Origin: Convolutriloba macropyga
Taxonomy: Eukaryota
Assembly: GCF_964194025.1 (NCBI RefSeq)
Contig: NC_134480.1
Span: forward strand, 9,362,001 to 9,426,000
Length of the DNA: 64,000 bases
Reading direction: 5' to 3'
The notes beneath the pieces were generated by a model, which made no database searches, was not told the DNA's origin, and worked only from the letters and a program-made list of their open reading frames with translations. The position numbers and the translations under genes were made by a program. Every line of letters begins with the position of its first letter. Positions within the stretch are counted from its first letter, which is position 1. Below are positions 12,815 through 23,888 of the stretch, one piece after another.

Positions 12815-13269
12815 TATCCTGGGCTCAAGCAAAATTTTAAAGTGTAACAGTGTAAAATTTAAGATAATATTAACATATGTACTGGTTATTATAAATAATA
12901 AGAATTGTGAGCAACAACAGATAAGCGACGAAGGAACAGTGGAAAGGAGGTTCGATTGCAGGAGGAATCGAAATCAATGCAAACTTTCAACATTTACGGT
13001 AAAATATATGCATGCAATATAAATTAAGGCACAATCGCGATGCAAATCCCGCAAAATTAATAACGCAGAAAATATGGTTACATGAGCAACATCAATTATA
13101 ACTAAAGTATAATTAACACGAACACAGTTATTTAGCGAACACAAACACGAAATGAATGGAAAAGTGATACGAATCCATATTTAAATGAACAATTACAGAA
13201 TTGAAATTTGAACAATTTAACAATTTTAGTCTAAAAGTTTTAACTCAAATTTGGTTTTCTGCGTCAAAG

Positions 13270-16200
13270 ACGCTCATACTAATTTCTCGTGCATAGTCCT
13301 CATATTCGTAGCTCTCAGGGGACCATGTTCCCACTGGAGGAGGTGCAGGAGGGCTCACTACTCACAGCTCGTAATGTGTATCAGGAACAGGGGGCTGTGC
13401 TGCTTCTTCCTGATTGATAGTCTCTATAACGGGATTCGTTGGTTTTTGTTTCTTAGAAACAGGAGGGGCTGAATCATCACTTATTGAGCACACTGAACTC
13501 TCAAATCCGAAGTAATCGGGAGCGCGGTGAGTACGTTTATTTCGAGAGGTTGAGGGGGAAGCAGCAGATGATGTCACTGAAGAGGCAGCAACGGACGAGG
13601 CATTGGATGTGTTTAAAGTTGCAGACGTATTTCGAGAACGCTTTCCTCCTGCTTGGGGCTTGCGAGGTTTTCGAGACGCCTTTGCCTTAGAGATGTTGCT
13701 ATTCGCCGAGGAGACTCCCGATGCTGCATCAGATTGGGTTGGTCGATGGCGGATTTTAATCTCTCCGCGGAATTTTTTCGCTCCACCAATCCTATAGCTC
13801 TATGATCGTTTGCAGGGGCAGTGAGTATGTTAATATTATGTTGTTTACAAAAATTTTTAACTTTATAACCTATTAGACAACGTGCTTGATCTAATCTAAT
13901 ATTTCGGGGAACACCGTGGATTTGAATGTAGTCGTCTAAAAATTTAAGAACATTTGGTCCATTAGCTTTGTCAAATACTTCTACAGTGGGATATTTTGAA
14001 AAACGATCAATACATGCAAGGAAATAAATATCTTGATCTTTTTCATTTGTGATAGGTCCTCCAAAGTCATTTTGTATTTCCTCATTAGGCTCTGTACATG
14101 GTAGCAAAGGTTTCCATTTAGACGCCGGAATAACAGGCTTAAGGTTCTTACCAATATCAGTACAAGGCTTGCACTGAGCCGCTTTGTTCAATTTTTCTCG
14201 ATGCATATACGGCCAGAACGCGTATAGCCCGAGCGTTATTATGCCCCAGCTTCCCGGATGTGTCAAGTGGAGGCTTTCCAAGACAGCGTCCTGAATGGAG
14301 TGCGGAATTGCTACTCGTTCGTCCACGCAAACACAGCCCGAGCGGACATGTAAGTCTCTCCAGTAGGAGAACAGGTAAGGATTCGCTTCCTTACATCTTT
14401 GAGGATCATTTTTAAGAATGCAGTCACGTACTTCCTTCAGGACTGCATCCTTACTGGTGAGAGCCGCCAAGAAGCCCTTCGTGAAGAGTTGCGTGAGATT
14501 GTTCTCGAAGACCTCTTCTTTTGACAGGTTCAAGTTTGGGGAAGTTTGGCCTTCATTTGACAATCTGGTAGTATTCACTGCGGAATTAGGGGTTGACTGA
14601 AACGTGACCCGGCTGTGTGTAGGGGGAGTTTGCGGGTTAGATGCTGAGCTGCTCATCGTGTGATTGTGGATTGAAATGATATGAGATGTGTTTGATTGAG
14701 TATTGAGATGTGTTTGGATTTGAATTGGCGTTGTACTAGTAGTAGAAGGAGACTGGATTTGTGCTGCGTTTGCAGAACTTTCAAGAAGCAACTGAGTTGT
14801 ATTACGATTAATGGCAGAAAGCAATTTGGAATAGTTTGTTGAGCGAGGATGCGAGGCACGTGTGGAATGTGTGTGAGTGACGCTGTTAAAGTGCTGTGAT
14901 TGACAGGTTTGTAGTGTGCTATTTACATAAATTGCAGCAATAGCGTCGCGAATGCGGGTAATTGTTGCTACCGCAAATTCCTCGTCATATTTGTTTGTAA
15001 CTTTTGCTTCTTGATTTGGCTGGCGAGAAATATAATCTACCAGCCCCATTTTTGCACCAGGTATGTGTTCGATCTTAAAATTAAAAGGTAAAAGACGGTC
15101 GATCCAGCGTGTTAATCTACTATTATAAGATTTATTAGACCTATGTTCTTTCATAATTGAAATTAATGCTCGATGATCAGTGATGATTGTGAATGATTTG
15201 GCAAATAAATAATATTTGAAATATTCTACAGACCACACCTAACAATTCTAGTTCATTAATGCTGTAGCGTTCCTCATTAGAGTTGAGGAAACGAGACGCA
15301 AATGCAACAGTATGCCAGCCCGTAGGCGAACGTTATTCTAATGCTGCTCCTAAACCCGCTCTTGAAGCATCGCATTTGATCCGCGTTTCCAAGTGAGGAT
15401 TATAATGTGTGTTTTCTGTGGCGTTTGCTACTTTATCTTTAATTGCTTGAAATTGTGTATCATGTTCAGTGTTCCAAATGAATTTTGTGTTCTTTTTTAA
15501 TAATGGACGAAGGGGATGGCACAATTGAGATAAATTAGGCATGAATTTTCCTAGATAATGAACAGAACCTAAGAAAGATCGAAGTTGTTTTAAGTTTTTA
15601 GGTGCTGATAGCGAAGCGATTGCCGCTGTTTTTGACTCAAGTGGAGCTATTCCAGATTGAATAAACTTATGTCCCAGCCATTCAATTTCTGTTTTTGCAA
15701 AATGACATTTAGGTAAGTTTATCCGTAAATTATCCTCATCTAATTTTTTTAAACATTTATAGACGAGTTTTAAGTGGTCTTCTTTAGAACCACGACTAAC
15801 TACTATAATGTCATCCAGAAAACGATAAGTATTGTGAAGTCCGACTAAAGTATAATCCATCACTTTTTGGAAAGCTGATGGCTTATCAGTTAAACCGTAA
15901 AAACCTGTAATAAAGCGGTATGTTCCAGTTCTCTCAACGCTAATAATACAATTTACAGTGTTGAGCCGTTTCCGGATCTAATTTAAGTTGACTGTATGCG
16001 TTCTTCAAATCCAATGTTGAATAGTATGCTGTTTCTTGTGATGCGGATGTATTCAAATTCTGTTGAATTGTGTCAATCAAATTGTCAATATTTGGCATTT
16101 GATATTTGTTTTTATGAATAGACTTATTTAAGATTTTAGAATCTAAAGCTAATTTAACTGTTTTATCTCTTTTAACTGTAATTACTATAGGTGAAATAAA

Positions 16201-16790
16201 ATTTTTGTCTGGGCAACTGTTTAATTTTATGATGTGTTTTTCGTCAAGTAACTTTTGAAGTTCTATATTAACTAGTGGTTGTAAGTTAATTGGGACTCGT
16301 CTCCCTTTTTTGATGAGTAGGTGTAAATTCGTTATGAAATGTTGACTTTACTGAATGTTATAAAGATTTACCGACACGGGTGATGAGATCTGGAAAATCA
16401 AAAGAGATCTGCCTCTTGATTGGACATTGATTTTGATCAATATTTGCAACTTGTTTCAATTGAATAACGGAAAAGCCTAGCTTTGGAAAGAGATCTCGTC
16501 CAATGATGAGTCGGTGACCGTCTTCCACTACAGTTACATCAAAGCCCGTGGCTATCCAGTCATTACACTTTATTGATGTATTGATTATTCCAACAATCTT
16601 GATTATATCATTAGAAAATTTTTCAGATCATGTATTTCGGGTGACTGTACCCAATAACTTTCGTTGCATTCGGACACCACTGTGTCCGCCAGACTTTTGT
16701 TCACAATAGTTCATACGCTTCTCGAATCCACCAATCCTTCGTGCGTGTATTTCCAACACAAATGACTAAATTTACGGGTTCTACCTCACG
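13270..16790 (-). pseudogene. pol: pol (protease, RT, RNase H, truncated integrase)
   Basis: PR LVDSRS (~16720); RT FLDDII (ORF 15333-15863); RH CDAS..ELELL..TDHRAL; IN HLTHPG..CKPC, DFGGP, IDRFSK, LDQA, GLVER followed by an abrupt deletion; C-terminal RNKRTHRAPDYFGF. Confidence 0.95.
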
Positions 16791-16974
16791 AGTGTCGGTT
16801 TTGATGGAAATTGCAGCTACACAGTTATCGTTATAATCATCGTAATCGGAGTCGTAATTGGCATCGTAGATGCTCTTCTGCTGTAGAAGCCTGCTGATAT
16901 TGTTAACTTGTTCCGCCGCCGTTGCTGAAGTACCTACTGTAGCCGCTTCAGAAACCGAGTCATCAACATAATCT

Positions 16975-17995
16975 ACTCTAGGTTTTGGTTTACTGGATTG
17001 TTTTGATTTGCGACAAACTTTTGCAAAGTGGTTAGCAATTCCACAATTTTTACAAGTTTTTCCACGGGCAGGACAGTTTTGTCTATGAGAAGGAGTCCAG
17101 CCATAGCCACAATTTGGGAAAATCTTAGGTTTGACAAACTGGTTTGTCGGTGCTCGGGATCTGTTCCACGATCCCTGAACATTATTTATCGATTAACTTG
17201 AAATTTCATTTGTGTTGGTGGGAGTTGGAGTTCCAGAAATTTTCAATTGGTTTTGTATTCCCATTTCAATGTTCATCGCAACTTCAAGAGCTTTTTTAGC
17301 CGTCCGTGTTTCTTTGAGTAGCTCCCTTTGGATCTCGCCATCTTGCATATCAGCTATGAAGACATCCCGAATGATCGACTCCTCGTGACTTCCTAGATCG
17401 CAGTTTAGAGACAACTCTCGAAGACACCCGTAGAACTTTTCCACAGGTTCTCTTTTCATTTGTTTTCTAGTGAGAATTGTGTATCGATCAAATGTGATAT
17501 TTCTTTGCTTAGTGAACACCCTATCAAGGCATTCCCAAAGAATTTTTGTTGTTACTCTACCGATCTGGATGCTCGGTTCTTGAGAACCAAATATTCGTCT
17601 CCCTTCCATTCCCAAGCTGAGGTATGTTAGAGAGACTGCTTAGCTATCACAATATTTCAAAGGTTTTTCTCCACACAGTATGCCAACAAGTTCTATTTTT
17701 TGACATCGATTGAGCCACGAATTTTTGAGCTGTTCATTTCTGGTACGTCGATCTCGTTCACTTTGAGCTGTGCTATTTTCGACATCATCCTCGTAAATAG
17801 GTTCTGGGGGTAGGGTGACCTTGTCCGGAGGGTGGTCAAGGAGAATGTCAATTGAAATGCCTTCTTCAACCATGATGGCCATTTTTAGCATGATCTGCGA
17901 TCTGTCCCATCGCAATGGAGGTTCAAGTGTTGGTTTTTTTCCCAAAAGGGCTCCATTCCCAAGAGTGCACGTTCTTTAGTTGCTGACTGCGCCAT
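16975..17995 (-). pseudogene. gag: gag (frameshifted)
   Basis: MAQSATKERALLGMEPFWEK/PTLEPPLRW.., TRKQMKREPVEKFYGCLRELSLNCDLG..IIRDVFI, and a Mag-type double knuckle CGYGWTPSHRQNCPARGKTCKNCGIANHFAKVC. Confidence 0.9.
17981..17994 (-). promoter_or_regulatory. Primer-binding site, probably tRNA-Ser
   Basis: Minus strand reads TGGCGCAGTCAGCA directly after the 5' LTR, similar to the known tRNA-Ser PBS TGGCG(C/T)AGTCGG. Confidence 0.75.
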
Positions 17996-18415
17996 GTGAT
18001 ATCCCTGACTGTAGAGATACAATTCGTGTCACAAATCCACTTAGAATTAGATGAATGGGTTCGGGATGCGAATCCAAGTTTTACTGAGTTTTTGGATTAC
18101 CACTTTTAGATTTACTTAGCAATCGTGCTGCGATTGCAGAGAAAATTAGTGAGAGTGGAATTCCTCTTCAAATCCGATAGGATCTCGATTAGTGCACAAC
18201 AGATTAGATTGAATGCAACTGAATTCAGTAATAAGATTCAAGAGAATGAATAAATAATCAAAAGTGGGGGATGTGAACAATCTGAAATATTGACTTTTTA
18301 GTCGGCGGTAAATTACTTGTAGGTGAACTATGACTTATAGCCTGACAAGGGCAAACATAAAATAATTTAGTACAAATTAATAAACATGAACTTAATATGA
18401 TACAACCGTACCACA
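17995..18415 (-). repeat. 5' LTR (421 bp)
   Basis: tgtgatatccctgactg...ccgtaccaca, followed by the TSD aattc. Confidence 0.96.
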
Positions 18416-18634
18416 AATTCTCTACATTCAAAAAAAAATTTTCGGCAGCATGTAAAAATTGGATCAAAATATCAACTTAGAAGATATTGACCAAATTTTA
18501 GTTACGGAGGAGTTATTGGTTACGGTAATTCATTTTTGGAGTTCTCCCTAGAAAAGCAAAAAGTATTCCTTTTAAGAGCAATTTTATAAGATACTGCTGA
18601 GGCTTTAAAAACAAGTAAATCAGTCCAGAAGAAT

Positions 18635-19040
18635 TAAGGGCTCTTTTTGTATTACATATTGAACGCTCAGAGGGAAAAATTCTAAAAAGTTGGGAATTTT
18701 TGAGCAAGGAAGGTTACTTGAATACATTTTTCTCCCACCTAAGACCACTAACCAACAGCATAACAGAACACAAAAGTATGCCCGACATCAATAATAATAA
18801 TTGAAAGCTGTTTTGTTGACGTCCATTACACGTTCTTATTTTCCAAAAGGGTTTGAAAAAACGTGAAATTGTATTGCCATACTTGTGTATTGATGTGGAA
18901 ATTTTTCACGATCTCGTTTATTTGCAGGTTTTCAAGCAATTAGTAAACAATGGTGCTTATTAGGTTTGCTGCAATTACCAGTATCAAAAAAGAATTCTCT
19001 TCTTTTTGCAGAAATCATGATCTAAGTCTAGATGATATAT
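18635..19040 (+). pseudogene. Polinton DEDD/DnaQ-like nuclease remnant, copy C
   Basis: ALFVLHIERSEGK..FLPP..KGFEKREI; homologous to copies A and B. Confidence 0.55.
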
Positions 19041-19433
19041 GCTTTGAATTTATGTTTGATAATGTTTTCAATGTAAGTGTCTCTTCGTGATTGTAATTTA
19101 TTGTTTCCATTTTCTATTTTTTTGTCTGAAAAGAGAGTTGTTCTAGAGAAGGAGTTGGTTAAAAAATATCTACAACTACTGTGCACTCATACTTTGCTGC
19201 TCATTCTTAATCATACTCATGATTTTGGTAATTTTTCTGTTTCCATGCACTTTTTCACTGATTCCAGTGTTGGAAAAAGTTTCTCTTTTCAGTTCACTTT
19301 TAATTTTATTAGTCTTTGGCAACTTTTGTTGATCACGTTGCAATTCAGTTGCATAGTTTCTTCATCCATCGAGAAGAATTTAACCTATAAATGAACGACC
19401 GCACTGATAACTGACTTAAACTCGATAATTTTT

Positions 19434-19637
19434 TTGATGACATTAATCATGGAAATGTATTGCAAAGACGTGCAAGCGGTCTTTAGTAGTTTTTTATCTC
19501 AGGATAGTGTTATTCTGTTGATTATAGTATGCTGTTTTGTAAAAAATACATCATCTGAGACTTCTGAGGAGACAACATTTTGGATTGCATTTTTGTTGAG
19601 TGGAATTGAAAGTTTTTTATCTTCACCAAAACAATGA
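19434..19637 (+). pseudogene. Small two-TM Polinton protein, copy C
   Basis: ORF track: FLSQDSVILLIIVCCFVKNTSSETSEETTFWIAFLLSGIESFLSSPKQ; its stop overlaps the ATPase ATG (ATGA 19634-19637). Confidence 0.65.
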
Positions 19638-20382
19638 ACAAAAAGTTTCCACAAAGAATGAATTTTTATTTACTGGGTCGGACTAAGTGGATCTGGGAAA
19701 TCTCATCTCATCGATAATTTGGTAGTAGTTGGAATCTTTCCACCCAAATTTGGCCAAATTTACTATTTTTTTAACGTTTTCAATTTCATTACCAATTGAT
19801 GTGTAAAAAAACAAAACTTTGAGTCTGTTCAGGGTGATTTTGAGTTCAAACGGAAAATACTTGGGAAGCAGGATCTTGTGAAGCTAGATACTGCCGGAAG
19901 ACGTAAAGATTTAAGTACACTATACATAAAACACAATTTCGTTCTTCAATGTCTTCTAGAAAGAGATATTGAGCTACAGAACACTCATATCGTTTTATTC
20001 AAATCACTTAGAAACGTTTTACAAGTAAACACTCTCAGGCAAAAAAGACCTCAACTCAACAACTTCATTTCCCTATAGTCTTTTACTTGGTGACTTGATT
20101 CCAAAAAAAAATCGACTTTCCTTGATATTGTAGAAACAATTGTTCAACGCCATCAGTATTTCTTCCACCTCAAAACGAGCAACAAATTACATATGTGATG
20201 AGCACACAGCATTGCTCTACTCTGATCACGCTGTTAAATATCCCCAGATCATCAAATTGACATTCCTCAAATATTGTCCCAAAAATTTTTTTCATTTTCT
20301 AAGCAAATGTTTATTAAATTTTCTATTAGTTGAGCAAACAATAATTCAAAAACAGGAGGTAAAAAATGAGAGAAGAAATTGA
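19634..20382 (+). pseudogene. A32/FtsK-like packaging ATPase remnant, copy C (most complete)
   Basis: Walker A VGLSGSGKS (~19677); TAGRRKDLSTLYIKHN..RDIELQNTHIVLFKSLRNVLQV (ORF 19878); C-terminal DEHTALLYS (ORF 20140). Confidence 0.85.
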
Positions 20383-20411
20383 TCTAATTATAATAAAAGA
20401 AAGAAGACATT

Positions 20412-22150
20412 AGATTTGTTCTGGTGATATAAATTGTACAAAAGTTTGTGCATTCTAAACGAAATACCAAAGCACCAGAAAGGGAATTCCTCTGAGCAAT
20501 AGTCCCACAGAAGCTGGAGGCCCCAAAATAATTGCTGATAAGGTAGAATAAAAGAAATAAAAAAACTTTTACTAGAAAAAAGTATCGAAAGAATTATTTT
20601 TTATTACCATAACCTTGAGATGATCTTTGGAACGTTTTAATGATAGTTCGTCCCGGCAAAGAGGATCATCAAAAAAGCCGTTACTAATCAAGTAATTGAA
20701 CAGAACGCATCCTCTTCAGGCCAATGAATTCTTATTTGAGGCTTTATTCAGGCGTGGTTTCTGGCAAACGCCAGATTAGACGCTCCTCGTAGTGAGGCAA
20801 TCTTTCACGTCACGCTGATAAAGGCTGTTCAGATACCGAGTAGGCAATTTAGCGTCGACCGATTTCAAAACAAATTTCAATAATGCCAGAATGTGTAAAA
20901 TTTATTCACTTAGGATAGTAGATTCTGAGAAAAGGCAGGATACATTTCGCTCTATTTTCTGAAAAATACCATTTTAAGCAGTTTTTCTGCACAATATAGA
21001 TATGCCGTAACTTAGAAGATGTTGTACATCCATAGATTAAAAGATCCTATCGAATTATTGGTTCGATTAACAAACGGTAATAAAGAATGAGAACGTTTCT
21101 ATTCACGAACTCCCTAATTCATGCGACCGCAAACACATGCTTTGACAAGCGTTTTACAACCTCATAAACATGAACGTCAAAAGAAAGATTTTTGTCCTAA
21201 TGAAAGCCCAGGTACTTCACAGAATCTGAATTCTTCAACCTTTGATTTTGAAGCCTAATATCTGAAGTGGTTGACAAGACCACATGAGTTCAGATTTCTT
21301 AACATTCAAATCTAAATAATTACAAGTGATCCCATTTTGCAGGCAAACAAGATCAAAACAAATGCATCTGTCATTCAAAGTTTCTGTAGAGTTCATAAGT
21401 GTTGTATCTTCTGCAAACATATATATGATAAAAAATTTGCAACTAAAAAAAAAGTCGTTCATATTCATAGTGAAAAGGAGAGGACCGAGTTTTGTCACTT
21501 GTGGCACACCGCTACTGATTACTTTCAAATCTGAAATGCCCCATTGATGAGCGCAGTCTGTTGCCGGTTCAAGCAACCAACTCAAAATGACTCTTCTTAC
21601 ACCATAATGTTCCAGTTTCTCAATCATCAAATCATAATTAACGGTATCGAATGTTTTACTAAATTCAAGAAAAACACAAAACCTTTTGGTTGACATGTTG
21701 ATTAGTAGTTTCTCAACTATCTCTGCGATTGCCAATACTGTACTACATCTATTTCGAAAACCTCTAGTTTTCGCTAACAACAGGCAAGATTGATGCTGGT
21801 CGATAGTTGATCACCTCAAACAAGGAGCTTTATTTGAAAAGCGGAGGTACGCGTTCGTTTTGAGACAATTTGAAAAAATTCTTTGGGAATTTGGAAAATT
21901 TAAAAATCCAGTTAAGTGTGGCAAAGTAACCGGAAGCATAGATTTCAGTATTTTCACAAAAATACCATCGAGTTCATTTGATTTATTAGGATTAAGTGCC
22001 GTAACTATTTTCTCTACCTCTTCATTACCCACTGGAATAAAAATCATTGACTGTACGGCTGTTGAAAAACTAAATTTTTTTCAAGTCTGATTGGATTGTT
22101 CTAGTTTATTGCCAGCGATGGTCGTGAAAAACTCATTGAACAATTCAACA
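20412..22150 (-). mobile_element. CR1-group LINE 3' segment, tandem unit 1 (carries the true 3' end)
   Basis: RT motifs LEFSKTFDTVN, GVPQVTKLGPLLF, MFAEDT, KYLG; 3' inverted repeat ttctggtg/caccagaa. Confidence 0.9.
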
Positions 22151-23888
22151 ATATAATTTGTACATAAGTGTGTGCATTCTAAAAGAAATATTAAAGCACC
22201 AGAAAAGGACTTCCTCTGAGCAAAAGTCCCACAGAAGATGGAAGCCCCAAAATAATTGCTGATAAGGTAGAACAAAAGAAAAAAAGAAATGTGAACTTTT
22301 ACTAGAAAAAGGTATCGAAAGAATTATTTTTTAATACCATAACCTTGAGATGATCTTTGGAACGTTTTATTGATAGCTCATCCCGGCAAACAGGATCAGC
22401 AAAAAAGCCGTTACTAATCAAGTAACTCAACAGAACGCATCCTCTCCAGGCCAATGAATTTTTATTTGAGGCTTTAGTCAGGCGTGGTCTCTGGAAGAGG
22501 CCAGATGAGACGCTCCTCGTAGTGAGGCAATCCTTCACGTCACGCTGATAAAGGCTGTTCAGATTCCGAGTGCGTCGGACAATTTAGCGTCGACCAATTT
22601 CAAAACAAATTTCAATAATCCCAGAATGTATAAATTTTATTTACTTAGGATAGTAGATTCTGAGAAAAGGCAGGATACATTTCTCTCTGTTTTCTGAAAA
22701 ATATCATTTTAAGCAGTTTTCTCTGCACAATATAGATACGCCGTAAATTAGAAGATGTTTTGTATCCATAGATTAAAAGACCATATCGAATTATTGGTTC
22801 AATTAACGAACGGTAATTAAGAATGAGAACGTTTCTACTCATGAACTTCCTAATTTATGCGACCGCAAAGACATGCTTTGACAAGCGTGTTACAACCTCA
22901 TAAACATAAGCGTCAGGAGAAAGGTTTTTGTCTAAATGAATGCCCAGGTACTTCACAGAATCTGAATTCTTCAACCTTTGATTTTGAAGCCTAATATCTG
23001 TCAGTGGTTGACAAGACCACATGAGTTCAGATTTCTTAACATTCAAATCTAAATAATTACAAGTGATCCCATTTTGCAGGCAAACAAGATCAAAACAAAT
23101 GCATCTGCCATTCAGAGTCTCTGTAGAGTTCATAAGTGTTGTATCTTCTGCAAACATATATATGATAAAAAATTTGCAACTATTAAAAAAGTCGTTCATA
23201 TTCATAGTGAAAAGGAGAGGACCAAGTTTTGTAACTTGTGGCACACCGCTACTGATTACTTTCAAATCTGAAATGCCCCATTGATGAGCGCAGTCTGTTG
23301 CCGGTTCAAGAAACCAACTCAAAATGACTCTTCTTACACCATAATGTTCCAGTTTCTCAATCATCAAATCATAATTAACGGTATCGAATGTTTTACTAAA
23401 TTCAAGAAAAACACAAAACTGTTTGGTTGACATGTTGATTAGTAGTTTCTCAACTATCTCTGCGATTGCCAATACTGTACTACATCTATTTCGAAAACAT
23501 CTAGTCTTTGCTAACAACAGGCAAGATTGATGCTGGTCGATAGTTGATCACCTCAAACATTGAGCTTTATTTGAAAAGAGGAGGTACGCGTTCGTTTTGA
23601 GACAATTTGGAAAAATTCTTTGGGAATTTGGAAAAATTAAAAATCCAGTTAAGTGTGGCAAAGTAACCGGAAGCATAGATTTCAGTATTTTCACAAAAAT
23701 ACCATCGAGTTCATTTGATTTATTAGGATTAACTGCCGTAACTATTTTCTCTACCTCTTCATTACCCACTGGAATAAAAATCATTGACTGTACGGCTGTT
23801 GAAAAACTAAATTTTTTTCAAGTCTGATTGGATTGTTCTAGTTTATTGCCAGCGATGTTCGCGAAATTCTCATTGAACAATTCAACAA
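22151..23888 (-). mobile_element. CR1-group LINE 3' segment, tandem unit 2
   Basis: Near-identical ~1.74 kb repeat; ORF 22855-23517 encodes RT. Confidence 0.9.

Larger units (their letters stand above)
12389..18415 (-). mobile_element. Ty3/gypsy (Mag-like) LTR retrotransposon, full-length structure but disabled
   Basis: Two TG..CA LTRs, 5-bp TSD AATTC (12384-12388 and 18416-18420), PBS, and domain order gag-PR-RT-RH-IN. Contains frameshifts, stops and an integrase deletion. Confidence 0.97.
8330..20410 (+). mobile_element. Decayed Polinton/Maverick-like segment in three tandem partial copies (~8330-10205, ~10205-11870, ~11870-20410; the last interrupted by an LTR element)
   Basis: The gene order DEDD-like ORF -> small 2-TM ORF -> A32/FtsK ATPase repeats. 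Junction sequence ttttca(a/c)caatgtaa-ttttcattaaa at ~10210 and ~11876, with a related sequence at ~8330. Confidence 0.8.

Noticed and set aside
13613-13780. Novel integrase C-terminal domain (KNSAERLKSAIDQ...)
   Set aside because: Out-of-frame read-through after an internal deletion.
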